A stretch of DNA of 64,000 nt. Source: Eledone cirrhosa (Eukaryota). The position numbers were made by a program, and so were the translations under genes. Below, in pieces: positions 11,756 through 22,993 of this stretch (within the stretch, counting starts at the first letter, position 1; each line of letters starts with the position of its first letter). Location of the stretch: the NCBI GenBank assembly GCA_964016885.1, contig OZ024743.1, forward strand, positions 331,824,001 to 331,888,000. The letters run 5' to 3'. Under the pieces are notes generated by a model that was not told the origin of the DNA, ran no database searches, and was given only the letters and a program-made list of their open reading frames with translations.

Positions 11756-12431
11756 ATATATATACACACACACATATATATATTATATATATATGTGTGT
11801 ATGCATGTACATATGAATGTGTGTATGTATGTACTTATGCATATACACATTTACATATATATAGATATTTATGTATGTAATGCTAGCGTGGAAGATGGAT
11901 GTTAAACGAAGATGATGATGTATGTAGTGTCATTATATATATGTATTAAGGTACATATATATAACCATGTGTACACACACACACACACACATATATACAG
12001 AGTAAATCATTTATATGTATGTATGTAATATAAATATATATATATATGTATTAAGGTAAATATATACAATTATGAGCACACACACAGAGTAAATCATATA
12101 TTTACATATGTATATTTATGTATATGTAATGTCAATATATATACATATGTATCAATGTACACACACACACAGTAAATGATATATTTACATATATGTCTAT
12201 AAATAGACAAATGAACACTAATTGTTTCTATTTCCTAATTAAGTGAAAGTAGTGACAGTGATTAAATATGAACGGTATAGGAATAGAGGAATACTGAAAT
12301 AAATAAGAAAACAATACAGAATATTCTTAGTTTAGCTGTTCATTATTTACTGCATCATTTAACAAGTTAACCATCATCACCAATGTCCAGTGTAATTTCA
12401 GTGAATGCTGATGTGCTTTTAGAAAATGTAA

Positions 12432-12715
12432 CAAAAAGCACTGAATCCACACTGTAAAGTGGTCATGTAGCTGTCGGGATAAAAAAACTCCCAACCCACA
12501 CTGTAAAGTGGTTGTGTAGGTGTCATGACAAAAAGCTCCCAGCCCATACTGTAAAGTGGCCGAGTACGTGATACGACAAAAAGCACCCAGGTGACATGAC
12601 AAAAAGGTCCCAGTCAATACTGTAAACTGGTCATGTAGATATCATGACAAAAAGCTCCCAGTCCACACTGTAAAGTGGTTGTTTATACGTCACAACAAAA
12701 AGTACCCAGCCCAAA
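12432..12715 (+). repeat. About 45-bp tandem repeat (about 6 units) derived from the RTE 3'UTR
   Basis: Units aaaagc.cccagcccacactgtaaagtggt..tgtaggtgtcatgac match RTE-A 3'UTR 985-1040. Confidence 0.85.
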
Positions 12716-12733
12716 CAGAAAGCGGTGGTAGTC

Positions 12734-14740
12734 AACCAAGGAGAGGTCCCTCCAACAGGATTGTGAAGGTCCTGGAATGAATGTAGATTAACCAAGGAGA
12801 GGTCCCTCCAACAGGTTTGAGAAGGTCCTGGAATGGATGTAGATTAACCAATGAGAATGTTCCTCCAACAGGTTTGAGAAGGTCCTGGAATGGATGTAGA
12901 TTAACCAAGGAGAGGTCTCTCCAACAGGATTGAGAAGGTCCTGGAATGGATGTAGATTAACCAAGGAGAGGTCCCTCCAACAGGATTGAGAAGGTCCTGG
13001 AATGGATGTAGATTAACCAAGGAGAGGTCCCTCCAACAGGATTGAGAAGGTCCTGGAATGGATGTAGATTAACCAAGTAGAGATCTCTCCAACAGGATTG
13101 AGAAGGTCCTGGAATGGATGTAGATTAACCAAGGAGAGGTCCCTCCAACAGGATTGAGAAGGTCCTGGAATGGATGTAGATTAACCAAGGAGAGGTCCCT
13201 CCAACAGGATTGAGAAGGTCCTGGAATGGATGTAGATTAACCAAGGAGAGGTCCCTCCAACAGGATTGAGAAGGTCCTGGAATGGATGTAGATTAACCAA
13301 GGAGAGGTCCCTCCAACAGGATTGAGAAGGTCCTGGAATGGATGTAGATTAACCAAGGAGAGGTCCCTCCAACAGGATTGAGAAGGTCCTGGAATGGATG
13401 TAGATTAACCAAGGAGAGGTCCCTCCAACAGGATTGAGAAGGTCCTGGAATAGATGTAGATTAACCAAGGAGAGGTCCCTCCAACAGGATTGAGAAGGTC
13501 CTGGAATGGATGTAGATTAACCAAGGAGAGGTCGCTCCAACAGGTTTGAGAAGGTCCTGGAATGGATGTAGATTAACCAAGGAGAGGTCCCTCCAACAGG
13601 ATTGAGAAGGTCCTGGAATGGATGTAGATTAACCAAGGAGGATGTCCCTCCAACAGGATTGACAAGGTCCTGGAATGGATGTAGATTAACCAAGGAGAGG
13701 TCCCTCCAACAGGATTGAGAAGGTCCTGGAATGGACGTAGATTAACCAAGGAGAGGTCCCTCCAACAGGATTGAGAAGGTCCTGGAATGGATGTAGATTA
13801 ACCAAGGAGAGGTCGCTCCAACAGGTTTGAGAAGGTCCTGGAATGGATGTAGATTAACCAAGGAGAGGTCCCTCCAACAGGATTGAGAAGGTCCTGGAAT
13901 GGATGTAGATTAACCAAGGAGGATGTCCCTCCAACAGGATTGACAAGGTCCTGGAATGGATGTAGATTAACCAAGGAGAGGTCCCTCCAACAGGATTGAG
14001 AAGGTCCTGGAATGGACGTAGATTAACCAAGGAGAGGTCCCTCCAACAGGATTGAGAAGGTCCTGGAATGGATGTAGATTAACCAAGGAGAGGTCGCTCC
14101 AACAGGATTGAGAAGGTCCTGGAATGGATATAGATTAACCAAGGAGAGGTCCCTCCAACAGGATTGAGAAGGTCCTGGAATGGATGTAGATTAACCAAGG
14201 AGAGGTCCATCCAACAGGATTGAGAAGGTCCTGGAATGGATGTAGATTAACCAAGGAGAGGTCCCTCCAACAGGATTGAGAAGGTCCTGGAATGGATGTA
14301 GATTAACCAAGGAGGATGTCCCTCCAACAGGATTGACAAGGTCCTGGAATGGATGTAGATTAACCAAGGAGGATGTCCCTCCAACAGGATTGACAAGGTC
14401 CTGGAATGGATGTAGATTAACCAAGGAGAGGTCCCTCCAACAGGATTGAGAAGGTCCTGGAATGGATGTAGATTAACCAAGGAGAGGTCACTCCAACAGG
14501 TTTGAGAAGGTCCTGGAATGGATGTAGATTAACCAAGGAGAGGTCGCTCCAACAGGATTGAGAAGGTCCTGGAATGGATGTAGATTAACCAAGGAGAGGT
14601 CCCTCCAACAGGATTGAGAAGGTCCTGGAATGGATGTAGATTAACCAAGGAGAGGTCCCTCCAACAGGTTTGAGAAGGTCCTGGAATGTATGTAGATTAA
14701 CCAAGGAGAGGTCCCTCCAACAGGACTGAGAAGGTCCTGG
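12734..14740. repeat. Homogeneous 56-bp minisatellite, about 36 copies
   Basis: Unit aaccaaggagaggtccctccaacaggattgagaaggtcctggaatggatgtagatt, with occasional 57-bp variants. Confidence 0.98.
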
Positions 14741-14914
14741 ACTGGATTGGTTAAACTGATTGACTGGCTGTTGCTATTGGGATGGGTGAGTGGTTAGATA
14801 GAAAGATGGATAGTAGATTGATAAATTAATTGGTTAGCTTCTGATAACATATTGGTCAGATGATTGCAGCTGCTGTTAAACTTTTAACATCCTGTACCAC
14901 ATGGAACCTCAGTA

Positions 14915-15335
14915 GCAAGATATTCTTGGAAAGAACATAACAACATTATGACTGTACTACACTAAAAATTAAAAAAGTTTTTCCCAATGATCTAACCACT
15001 AATTAAGACACTATAAACATTTGAATTAACAACCTATATAAAATCACATCATCAAGACATACTTGTAAAGTACAAACAGGGCTATGACTGCATCACATTA
15101 AATATTAAAACTCTCTATGTTAGTTTACTACAAATTTTCACTATGACTTTATTTACCACACTAAAAATTAAAGGTTTTATTCTAATACTGTACATTTTCC
15201 CAATCATCTGACCACTAGTAAAAATATTATAGACATTACAATTATCAAACCACGTGAAACTATATGAGCAAGACATTCTTGAAAGATGCAAAACAGCATT
15301 ATGACTGCATCACATTAAATATTGAAGTCTTTACT
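14915..15335 (+). repeat. Degenerate AT-rich tandem repeat (about 135-190 bp), homologous to 46165-46560
   Basis: Recurring gcaagacattcttgaaa..acaaaacag.attatgactgcatcacattaaa and ctataaacatttgaattaacaa. Confidence 0.75.
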
Positions 15336-15351
15336 CTAACGCTGTCATTTT

Positions 15352-15840
15352 TCACCCTACACCGATGAGTCTGACATAACTGGCACACACTCTAGACATC
15401 TTTTGGTCTCCCATGACCTCTGAAGAACTTCCCAACCCACATTCGTTAGAATGATGTATCTGGGATACATTCTGGACATCTGTAGGACCTCCCATCCTAC
15501 ATTGGTAAAATAAAGTAACTTGGACACATCTTGCACATCTGTAAGTCCCCAATGATGTATCTGGGATACAGTCTGCACATCTGTAGGACCTTCCACCTTA
15601 CACTGGTGAAATAAAGTAACTGGGATACATCTTGCACACCTGTAGGTCACCAATGGCCCTAATATAACCTCTCATCCTACACTGGTGAAACTGATATAGC
15701 TGAGACAACCCCAGATATCTTTAGGTCACCTTTGACCTCTGCAAGACCTCCCATCCTACACTAGTTAGACTAACATAACTGAGACACATTCTGGATATCT
15801 ATAGGTCACCTGTGACTTCTACATCCAGACTAGTGAGAGT
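15352..15840. repeat. Degenerate tandem repeat of about 60-80 bp
   Basis: Recurring acctcccatcctacactggtga...aactgggatacat...acatctgtaggtcacc. Confidence 0.75.
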
Positions 15841-15988
15841 GATGTTGTTGATGTCCAACTTAACCCTTTTGATACCAATCTAAATGGAACCATCTCTAGC
15901 TCTATGATACTAACTAAATATACTTAACAAATTAACTGGAAATTAACCATTTTCACTGTTTGCTAAGAAGCCTCTACAGTTACTTTAA

Positions 15989-16198
15989 CCCTTTAGTGTT
16001 CAAACCGGCCAGAATTCTCTACCTCTTTCTGTTGAAACTGGCTGTAACTGGTCACTCAAACTGATGTTAAGGTATTGTTCTCAAAATAAATACTTTCAAA
16101 ATCTCATAGATTCGATATTATGTGAGATAATTATGTGAGGTAAAGCCTTTACCATGAAAATATAATAGTGTATATAAAATAATGTGGTTGCTAAAGGG
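15989..16198. mobile_element. piggyBac-like MITE with TTAA target-site duplication
   Basis: TTAA|ccctttag (15985-15996) ... ctaaaggg|TTAA (16191-16202). Confidence 0.75.
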
Positions 16199-16957
16199 TT
16201 AAATTAAACAGGCTTTTGTCATAAAATGAAAGGTTGTTTAGAATCCAAAGCCACATTTATGGATTAAAAAATGCTGGCTATTACTTGGTCTTTAACTGAA
16301 CAATTTTATTGAGCTTTTTTTTTCTATGGGTTTTATTAACTGAAAGGAGTTAACAGCTGCATAAGGTCTTCACTACTGTGCAGAAATTAAGGGGAGTTTT
16401 GAAGTTGTTAAGGACATCATTATAGAATAAAAGGGCTAACAATTACGGGCATCATTATAGAATAAAAAGAGTTGATAACTATAACTATTTAAGATCTTAA
16501 CAACTGTATAGCAATAGAAGGGAGTTTTGAAGTTAAGGGCATTATTATAGCATAAAAAGGGTTAACAACTACTTGTTCTCAACTGTACAAAAATCACAAG
16601 ATAATTTTGAAGTTGTTAAGGGATCATTATAGAATAAAAATGGTTAACAATTACTTGTTCTTAACAAATATACAGAAATCAAGGGGAGTTTTGAAGTCTT
16701 AATTATATACCAATAAAATATCTATTTTGAATCAAGAGTTGATAGCAGCTGTTATTTCTTAGCCCTACGCCAACTGATAGAACTAACTTCTGATCAAAGA
16801 ACTTCTACCACTGACCATCCATTCTTTTTGTATATCTTTTATGCCTATATTCTCAAACTTATTTCTGTTTTCAAGATAGTAGGGGTGTGCTTTGAGGTAA
16901 ATTTTATTGTTATTTCTAACTAATCAAGTAGTCATGTAAGGGCTCTCTCGTTGGCTA

Positions 16958-17350
16958 GTGATGATGATTATGATAAAGATGATGAAAATGGTGGTACTGG
17001 TAGTAGTGATGTTAGTGGTTGTGATGACGATGATGATAAAGATGATTATAATGATGGTGGTGATGGTGGTGGTGGTAGTAGTGATGCTAGTGGTGGGGGT
17101 GGTTGTGATAATGATGATGATACATGTGATGATTATGATTGTGATGATGGTGGTTGTCATAATGATGATGACAACAATAATAATGTAGTGGTGGTAATAA
17201 TGAAGATGATGGTAATAGTAATGTTGTTGGTGGTGATGGAGGTAATGATGACAATGATGATGATGGTAAAGGTGGTGATGTTGATGATGTTGTTGGTGAA
17301 AGCAATGATGGAGGTGGTAATAATAATGATGATGGTAATAATAATAATGA
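16958..17350. repeat. (GAT/GGT/AAT)n low-complexity trinucleotide tract
   Basis: Seen directly in the sequence. Confidence 0.95.
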
Positions 17351-17746
17351 TGAAGACACATGGCTTAGTGGTTAGAGCATTGGGCTTGCAATTGAAAGGT
17401 TGTGAGTTCAATTCTCAGACCGGGTGATGTGTTGTTTCCTTGAACAAGACACTTTATTTAACATTGCTCCAGTTTACTCAGCTGTAGGAATGAGATGATA
17501 GGACTGGAGTCCCTATCATTCCACTGCAAAGTGGTCGTGTAGGTGCCACGGCAAAAAAGCACCCAGCACTCACTGTAAATGAGGTTGGTGTTAGGAAGGG
17601 CATCCAGCTGTAGAAATCAAGCCAGAATCAGTTCCTGTATGAGCAAGACAAGGTCAGCTGACCGGACACTGCCCACAATAGGACAACCCGTCTAACCCAT
17701 GTTAGCGTGGAAGAACGGACGTAAAACGGTGATGATGATGATGATG
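17351..17746 (+). mobile_element. Full-length CORE-type SINE with complete RTE-A 3' tail
   Basis: tRNA head and CORE-like domain, then about 220 bp matching RTE-A 3'UTR 960-1225 with one internal repeat unit missing. Confidence 0.9.
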
Positions 17747-17921
17747 AATGGGAGTGGTAAAGATGATGGTGGTGATGGTGTGGTAAGAATGATGATGATG
17801 ATGTTGGTGATGGTGGTAGTAATAATGATGATTGTGGTGGTAGTGCTAGTAATAATGATGATGATGGTAGTGGTAGTAGTGGTGGTGGTAACAATGATGA
17901 TAATGGCATTGATGAAGATAA

Positions 17922-18030
17922 ATAATAATAATGAAAATGATTGTGTACAGTGCTCAGGTGCACTACAACTCATCAAAGGTGCATGTACAGTTCATAGAAT
18001 AATGTACAAATGTCAAGAAAGTGAACAGTG
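17922..18030 (-). mobile_element. CR1-like 3' terminus
   Basis: tgtgtacagtgctcaggtgcactacaactcatcaaa with (AAT)n, matching 55100-55230. Confidence 0.75.
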
Positions 18031-18669
18031 TATGAGTTATGATATACACAGACACATACACAGAGGTGTCCATGGAGAGGAAATATCAGGTGTAGTGTTG
18101 ACAAATTTTGACTGATACAATCCACAATCTTACATAATAAATATGGGTCCCTAGACCAAATATATTGTTACTCATGCTAGTATGGACGAATGGAGGTTAA
18201 ACAGGGATGATGATTATGGTGGTGGTTATTTACTCCTATTTAAATATAAACATAAGAAATATATAATGAAGACATTATTAATCAATTCAGTTTTATTTTA
18301 ATTTTTCTTCCATTCCACATGACCACCCCCATCCAATCAATTACTGTTGATGTTTAATTAGGAATAGGAAATTACATTTCATTCTCTTGGCTTCACAAAC
18401 TCCATTCCCACTGACTTTACACACACACCACACACACATCACAGACACACACACACCACACACATACACCATACCACACCACACCACACACATACACACC
18501 ACACACATACATCAGAGACACAGTTCAACCTATGCCAGCATGAAAAAGTGGATGTAAAAATGATGATATACATGTGTATTTCCACACACTCGTATATATA
18601 TACATGTATATACACATACATACATGTATATATATACATATATACATCATATATATACATATATACATC

Positions 18670-18702
<33 letters not shown>

Positions 18703-19539
18703 AACACATATATACATAATACATATACATACATAATACATATATATATATACATAGTACATATATATATATATATATTTAAAATTCACACACATACCTA
18801 TATGCATACACACACATTTCAACCAGCATGGAAAAGTAGATGTAAAAAGTGTGTGTGTGTGTGTGTGTTTATACACACACACATATATATGTGTGTGTGT
18901 GAGTGTATGTGTGTTTGTACACACACACACACATATATATATATATAAACACACATCAGTTTGAAATACAAATGAGTTACAAACAAATGTTTCATTATCA
19001 CCAAAAATGTTATAATACACACACACACACTCATACACACTACACACACACCAACACATATATACACAGATTCACACACACTCACAACACAGATTCACAC
19101 ACGCACTACACACACATACACATAAATTCACACACCATACATACACATACAACAGTTTGAAATACAATTGCCCGTTACAAACAAATGTTTCATTATCACT
19201 AAAAATGTTATAATTATCCAAATTAATCTATTTTGTACTTCAAACAAAAAAAAAAATCTGATTTCACAATTGAAGTAAAACATGAACCCCCATTACCTCA
19301 CCCCCACCCCCACACATGTACAAATATCTAAGATTATCTTTTGTTTATTTGTTTTTTTTTTATTTAAAGATGAATATTTTTTTGGTTAAACATGCAGAAA
19401 AATAAAACAGTATTGGAAAGAACTATAAATGCTATGAGAGGAAAAGGAGGGGAAAAGGAGGGACTACTAGACAAAGGAAGAAAGAAATGGGGAAGAAAAG
19501 AGGGTGACAGACTCTACACCTAGGTCAGTGTATGTATGC

Positions 19540-19702
19540 TAGGCTTCTACAGTTTCTATCTACCAAATTTTACTCACAAGACATTGGTCAACCTGAGACT
19601 ATAGTATGAGATACTTGCTCAAGGTACCATGGAACAGGACTGAACCCAGAAACACATGGTTCTGAAGTGAACACTTCAACCACACAGCTACACCTGCACC
19701 TA
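19540..19702 (-). mobile_element. tRNA-derived CORE-type SINE, second family
   Basis: Minus strand aggtgcaggtgtagctgtgtggttgaag..gggttcagtcc..accttgagcaagtatct..ttgtgagt..tttggtagatagaaactgtagaagcc. A relative lies at 40388-40545. Confidence 0.8.
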
Positions 19703-19737
19703 TGTTTCTGTAATATATTTTCATATTTCAGTGATGA

Positions 19738-20255
19738 AATAAAGTACCAGTAATGCACTGGGGTCAATTTAATCGACTTTGCCCTCCTCATAAAAAATGT
19801 ATGGCCTTGTGCCTAAATCAGAAATTATTATCATTATTAAAGGATGGTAGATTGGCAGTATCTATGCTGTGTGGCATAGTGTTAAGTCCCTGTATGTTCT
19901 GCATTCAAATCCTGCTGAGGTTAGCTTTGCCTTTTATCCTTTTGGAGTCAACAAAATAAAGTACCAGTAATGCACTGAGGCCAATTTAATTGACTTCCAC
20001 TTCCCTTTAAATTACTGGCCTTGTGCTTAAATTAGAAACCATTATCATTATCAAAGGACAGTATCAGTAGAGCATCAGACAACATGCTTTGTGACATATA
20101 GTTACATCCTTTTATGTTCTGAGTTCAAATTCCACCAAGGTTAACTTTGCCATTCATCCTCACAGGGTTGATAAAATAAAGTACCAGTAATGCACTAGAA
20201 TCAATATAATCAACTTGATGGCCTTGTGCCTAAAACAGAAACCATTATTATCATT
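19738..20255 (+). mobile_element. Three head-to-tail copies of the Meta-like SINE (first one partial)
   Basis: aaataaagtaccagtaatgcactg...ggccttgtgcctaaa..gaaaccattat occurs three times. Confidence 0.85.
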
Positions 20256-20358
20256 ATGTTACTATTTATAATTTATTTGTATTTCACCATTTTGGGGATT
20301 TTCTATAAATACCAGTCAACGGGTCCTGTCAATAATGATGGCAAGAGTGTCAAACATA

Positions 20359-20695
20359 GTGAAGGCACATGGCTTAGTGGTTAGAGCATTGGGCTTGCAA
20401 TCATGAGGTTGTGGATTTGATTCTCGGACTGGGTAATGCATTGTGTCCTTCAGCAAGACACTTTATTTTATGTTACTCCAGTTTACTCAGCTGTGATGTC
20501 ACTGGTGCCAAGCTGTATTGGCCATTGCCATTCCCTTGGACAACATCAGTGGCATGGAGAGAGGAGGCTGGTATGTATGGGCAACTCCTGGTCTTCCACA
20601 AACAAAACTTGCCCAGACTTGTACTTTGGAGCAAAACTTTCTAGGTTCAAATCCCAGGGTCATTTGTGTCTGAAGGGGTCTTTTACCTTTACCTT
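20359..20695 (+). mobile_element. CORE-type SINE with a third 3' half ending in (TTACCT)n
   Basis: Same head as 10586 and 17351, different body, ends gaaggggtcttttacctttaccttt. A tail fragment also occurs at about 2020-2070. Confidence 0.8.
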
Positions 20696-21189
20696 TTATT
20701 ATTGAATGCATTTCTTTTTATTTTAGGATACTATATATACAAGAATATATACAAGAATTACTGGATATATGAACAATCTTACAAAATGGGAAGCTTGTGT
20801 TCTGATAAATTAATGGCTTGTATGAGGGAGAAACCCTATAGTTTATATTGATTTACTAACACATGGAAGTAATTAAAGATAAGAATGATATTTTAATAGA
20901 TTATTTCTGGGATATAATTACATAAATGTTCAGTATATATGTACAAATAACATACAGGTTTAAATAGCTATTATAGTGTTTGGAAAGTTAACTTAATGTA
21001 GCAAAATGATTAAGATAGGAAATACATTGTGTTTATATGTATATGTGTGTGTATGTTGTTTCTTTGTTTTGTTTTTCTTTTGTCTGTGAATTATCATCAT
21101 CCTCACTGAAACCACTACCACTGTCACTACTAATAATACAACCACCACCATCACCATCATTATCATTATTACAATGAGTTCAAGTTTTC

Positions 21190-21497
21190 CAACCAAGACC
21201 TCGTCCACGACCCCACATCTAAACCAGCTAGCAATGGCTGTCCCATAATCAGATCCACAGAACACATGCTGGAACAACCCATCATCTCCATTGATGGAAA
21301 ATGAAACAGTCCAGCATGTGACTGTGGAGACCTTGTCCAGGCAGTGCTGCATGTTGTTCAAGGTTGCCCCACCCCCAGATGTTCTTCTGGCAGCCTGGAG
21401 GCAATCCATAATGCTGCAAATGACACCTAGGTCTGGCTCGCTGTCTCAACCCGGCTCTCTAGCTACTGAGCATATGTCGTATGACAAGAAGAAGAAT
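21190..21497 (+). mobile_element. Vingi/Ingi-like LINE 3' remnant with CCHC-type motif
   Basis: Frameshifted translation QWLSHNQI..HLH*WKM / SPACDCGDLVQAVLHVVQGCP..GSLEAIHNA..VWL, with an (AAG)n tail. Confidence 0.6.
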
Positions 21498-21589
21498 CAT
21501 TGTTACATCTACTTTCTATATTGCACTGGGTTGAACAAGTTGTCATGGTCCAAATACATGTCTCACTCATACATTACATTTTTTTATTT

Positions 21590-22040
21590 AGTTTCCTATG
21601 GATGGATGCCTTTCTTTGCATTAGTCACTTAACTGAGTATACTGGGTGTATTTTATTGACACCAGCTCTAGAGAAGTTGTCATGTCCTTGACAAGACATC
21701 TTTATATTTAGTGATGTCTCTGCTCCTTCAACCACTTTACAGAGTGTACTGGGTGTATTTTATTGTGACACCAGCTCTAGAGAAGTTGTCATGTCCTTGA
21801 CAAGACATCTTTATATTTAGTGATGCCTCTGTTTCTTCATCATCCACTTTACAGAATGTACAGGGTGTATTTTATTGTGACACCAGGACTAGAGGGGTTG
21901 TCATGTCCTTGACAAGGCTAAAGACATCTTTCTATTTAGAGATGTCTCTGTTCCTTCAACCCCTTTACAGAGTGTACTGGGTGTATTTTATTGCGACACC
22001 AGCACTAGAGAGGTTGTCCTGTGCCTCACAAGACTAAGAA
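21590..22040 (-). repeat. About 115-bp unit repeated about 4 times, derived from an RTE-type 3'UTR
   Basis: ccactttacagagtgtactgggtgtattttattgtgacaccagctctagagaagttgtcatgtccttgacaag recurs, preceded by ggatgcctt. Confidence 0.75.
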
Positions 22041-22202
22041 CTTTTCTTCACTCTACAATGGCCCTGTTCTTTAAAGATCAATATTTCCTATAAATATTTG
22101 TAGACACAATTACAGAGAGGTCAGTAGCTCCAATTAAATTGTCACTTGGTCTTTTGATGACCTGTCCAATCCATGCTAGCATAGAATAGCAGACTTTAAA
22201 TA

Positions 22203-22460
22203 ATGGTGATGGTGCTGGTAGTGATGATGATGGTGGTGGTGATAGTGATGATAGTGGTGTTGATAGTGATGATGATGGTAGTGATGATGTTGGTGGTAGT
22301 AGTGGTAGTGATGGCAATAATGGTGGTGATGGTGGTAGTGGTGATGATGATGATGGTGGTAGTGGTGATGATGATGATGGTGGTGGTGGTGATGGTGATG
22401 GTGGTAGTGGTGGTAGTGATGGCAATAATGGTAGTGATGGTGGTGATGATGATGATGATG
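22203..22460. repeat. (GAT/GGT)n tract directly following a solo RTE terminus
   Basis: ccaatccatgctagcatagaa at about 22166-22190, then trinucleotide repeats. Confidence 0.9.
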
Positions 22461-22993
22461 AGAAATTTATTTTTAAACTGAAGTGAATGGGCCCAAATCT
22501 TCAATAAAAAACGGAAAACCCCATGTTTATATGGGTGTTTACCTTGAAATTTGTTCTGTTATTGTTATAGTCTTGAAGATGTGTTATAATATATTCATGG
22601 TCATGTGGAGATATGGCCTTAGGACCCCCCCCCCCCACACACACACAAAGTGGTCCAAGAATGTCAAATTTGGCAATAAATTCATATCTCCATAAAAAAA
22701 ATTGATGCAGAGAAGTCATTTATAGCTCATTGTAAGTGTTTTGGCAAGCTGCAACTGATGGAGTTAAAACTATTCAAAGAAAGCACCTAATTTTGAAGAT
22801 ATGACTTGATTTCTTTTTCTGGCATTTGCTGCAAAAATTGTTTAATTGCTGAGATTTTTAGTTGGCGAGAGAAAAAAAAATACATGTATTAGATTTGTAA
22901 ATTTTATCAATTACTTCATAGGGATAGATTTGGCATACTTAGAGAAGGGGTGTCTATGGCACTCTGGACCCATCGAAAAGGACCTCATGTATA

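Noticed and set aside
12734-14740. CRISPR array or satellite-encoded hammerhead
   Set aside because: The units are contiguous and near-identical with no unique spacers, there are no cas genes, the context is eukaryotic, and neither strand has a CUGANGA/GAAA core.
16924-18115. His-rich, Asp/Gly-rich or Met/Val-rich protein ORFs (also 22078-22504 and 38116-38493)
   Set aside because: These are translations of (GAT/GGT)n low-complexity tracts associated with retroelement tails.
18439-19160. YI/HT/CV-rich ORFs (also about 4031-4510, 46897-47231 and 59113-60135)
   Set aside because: These are (TA)n/(CA)n microsatellite artefacts.
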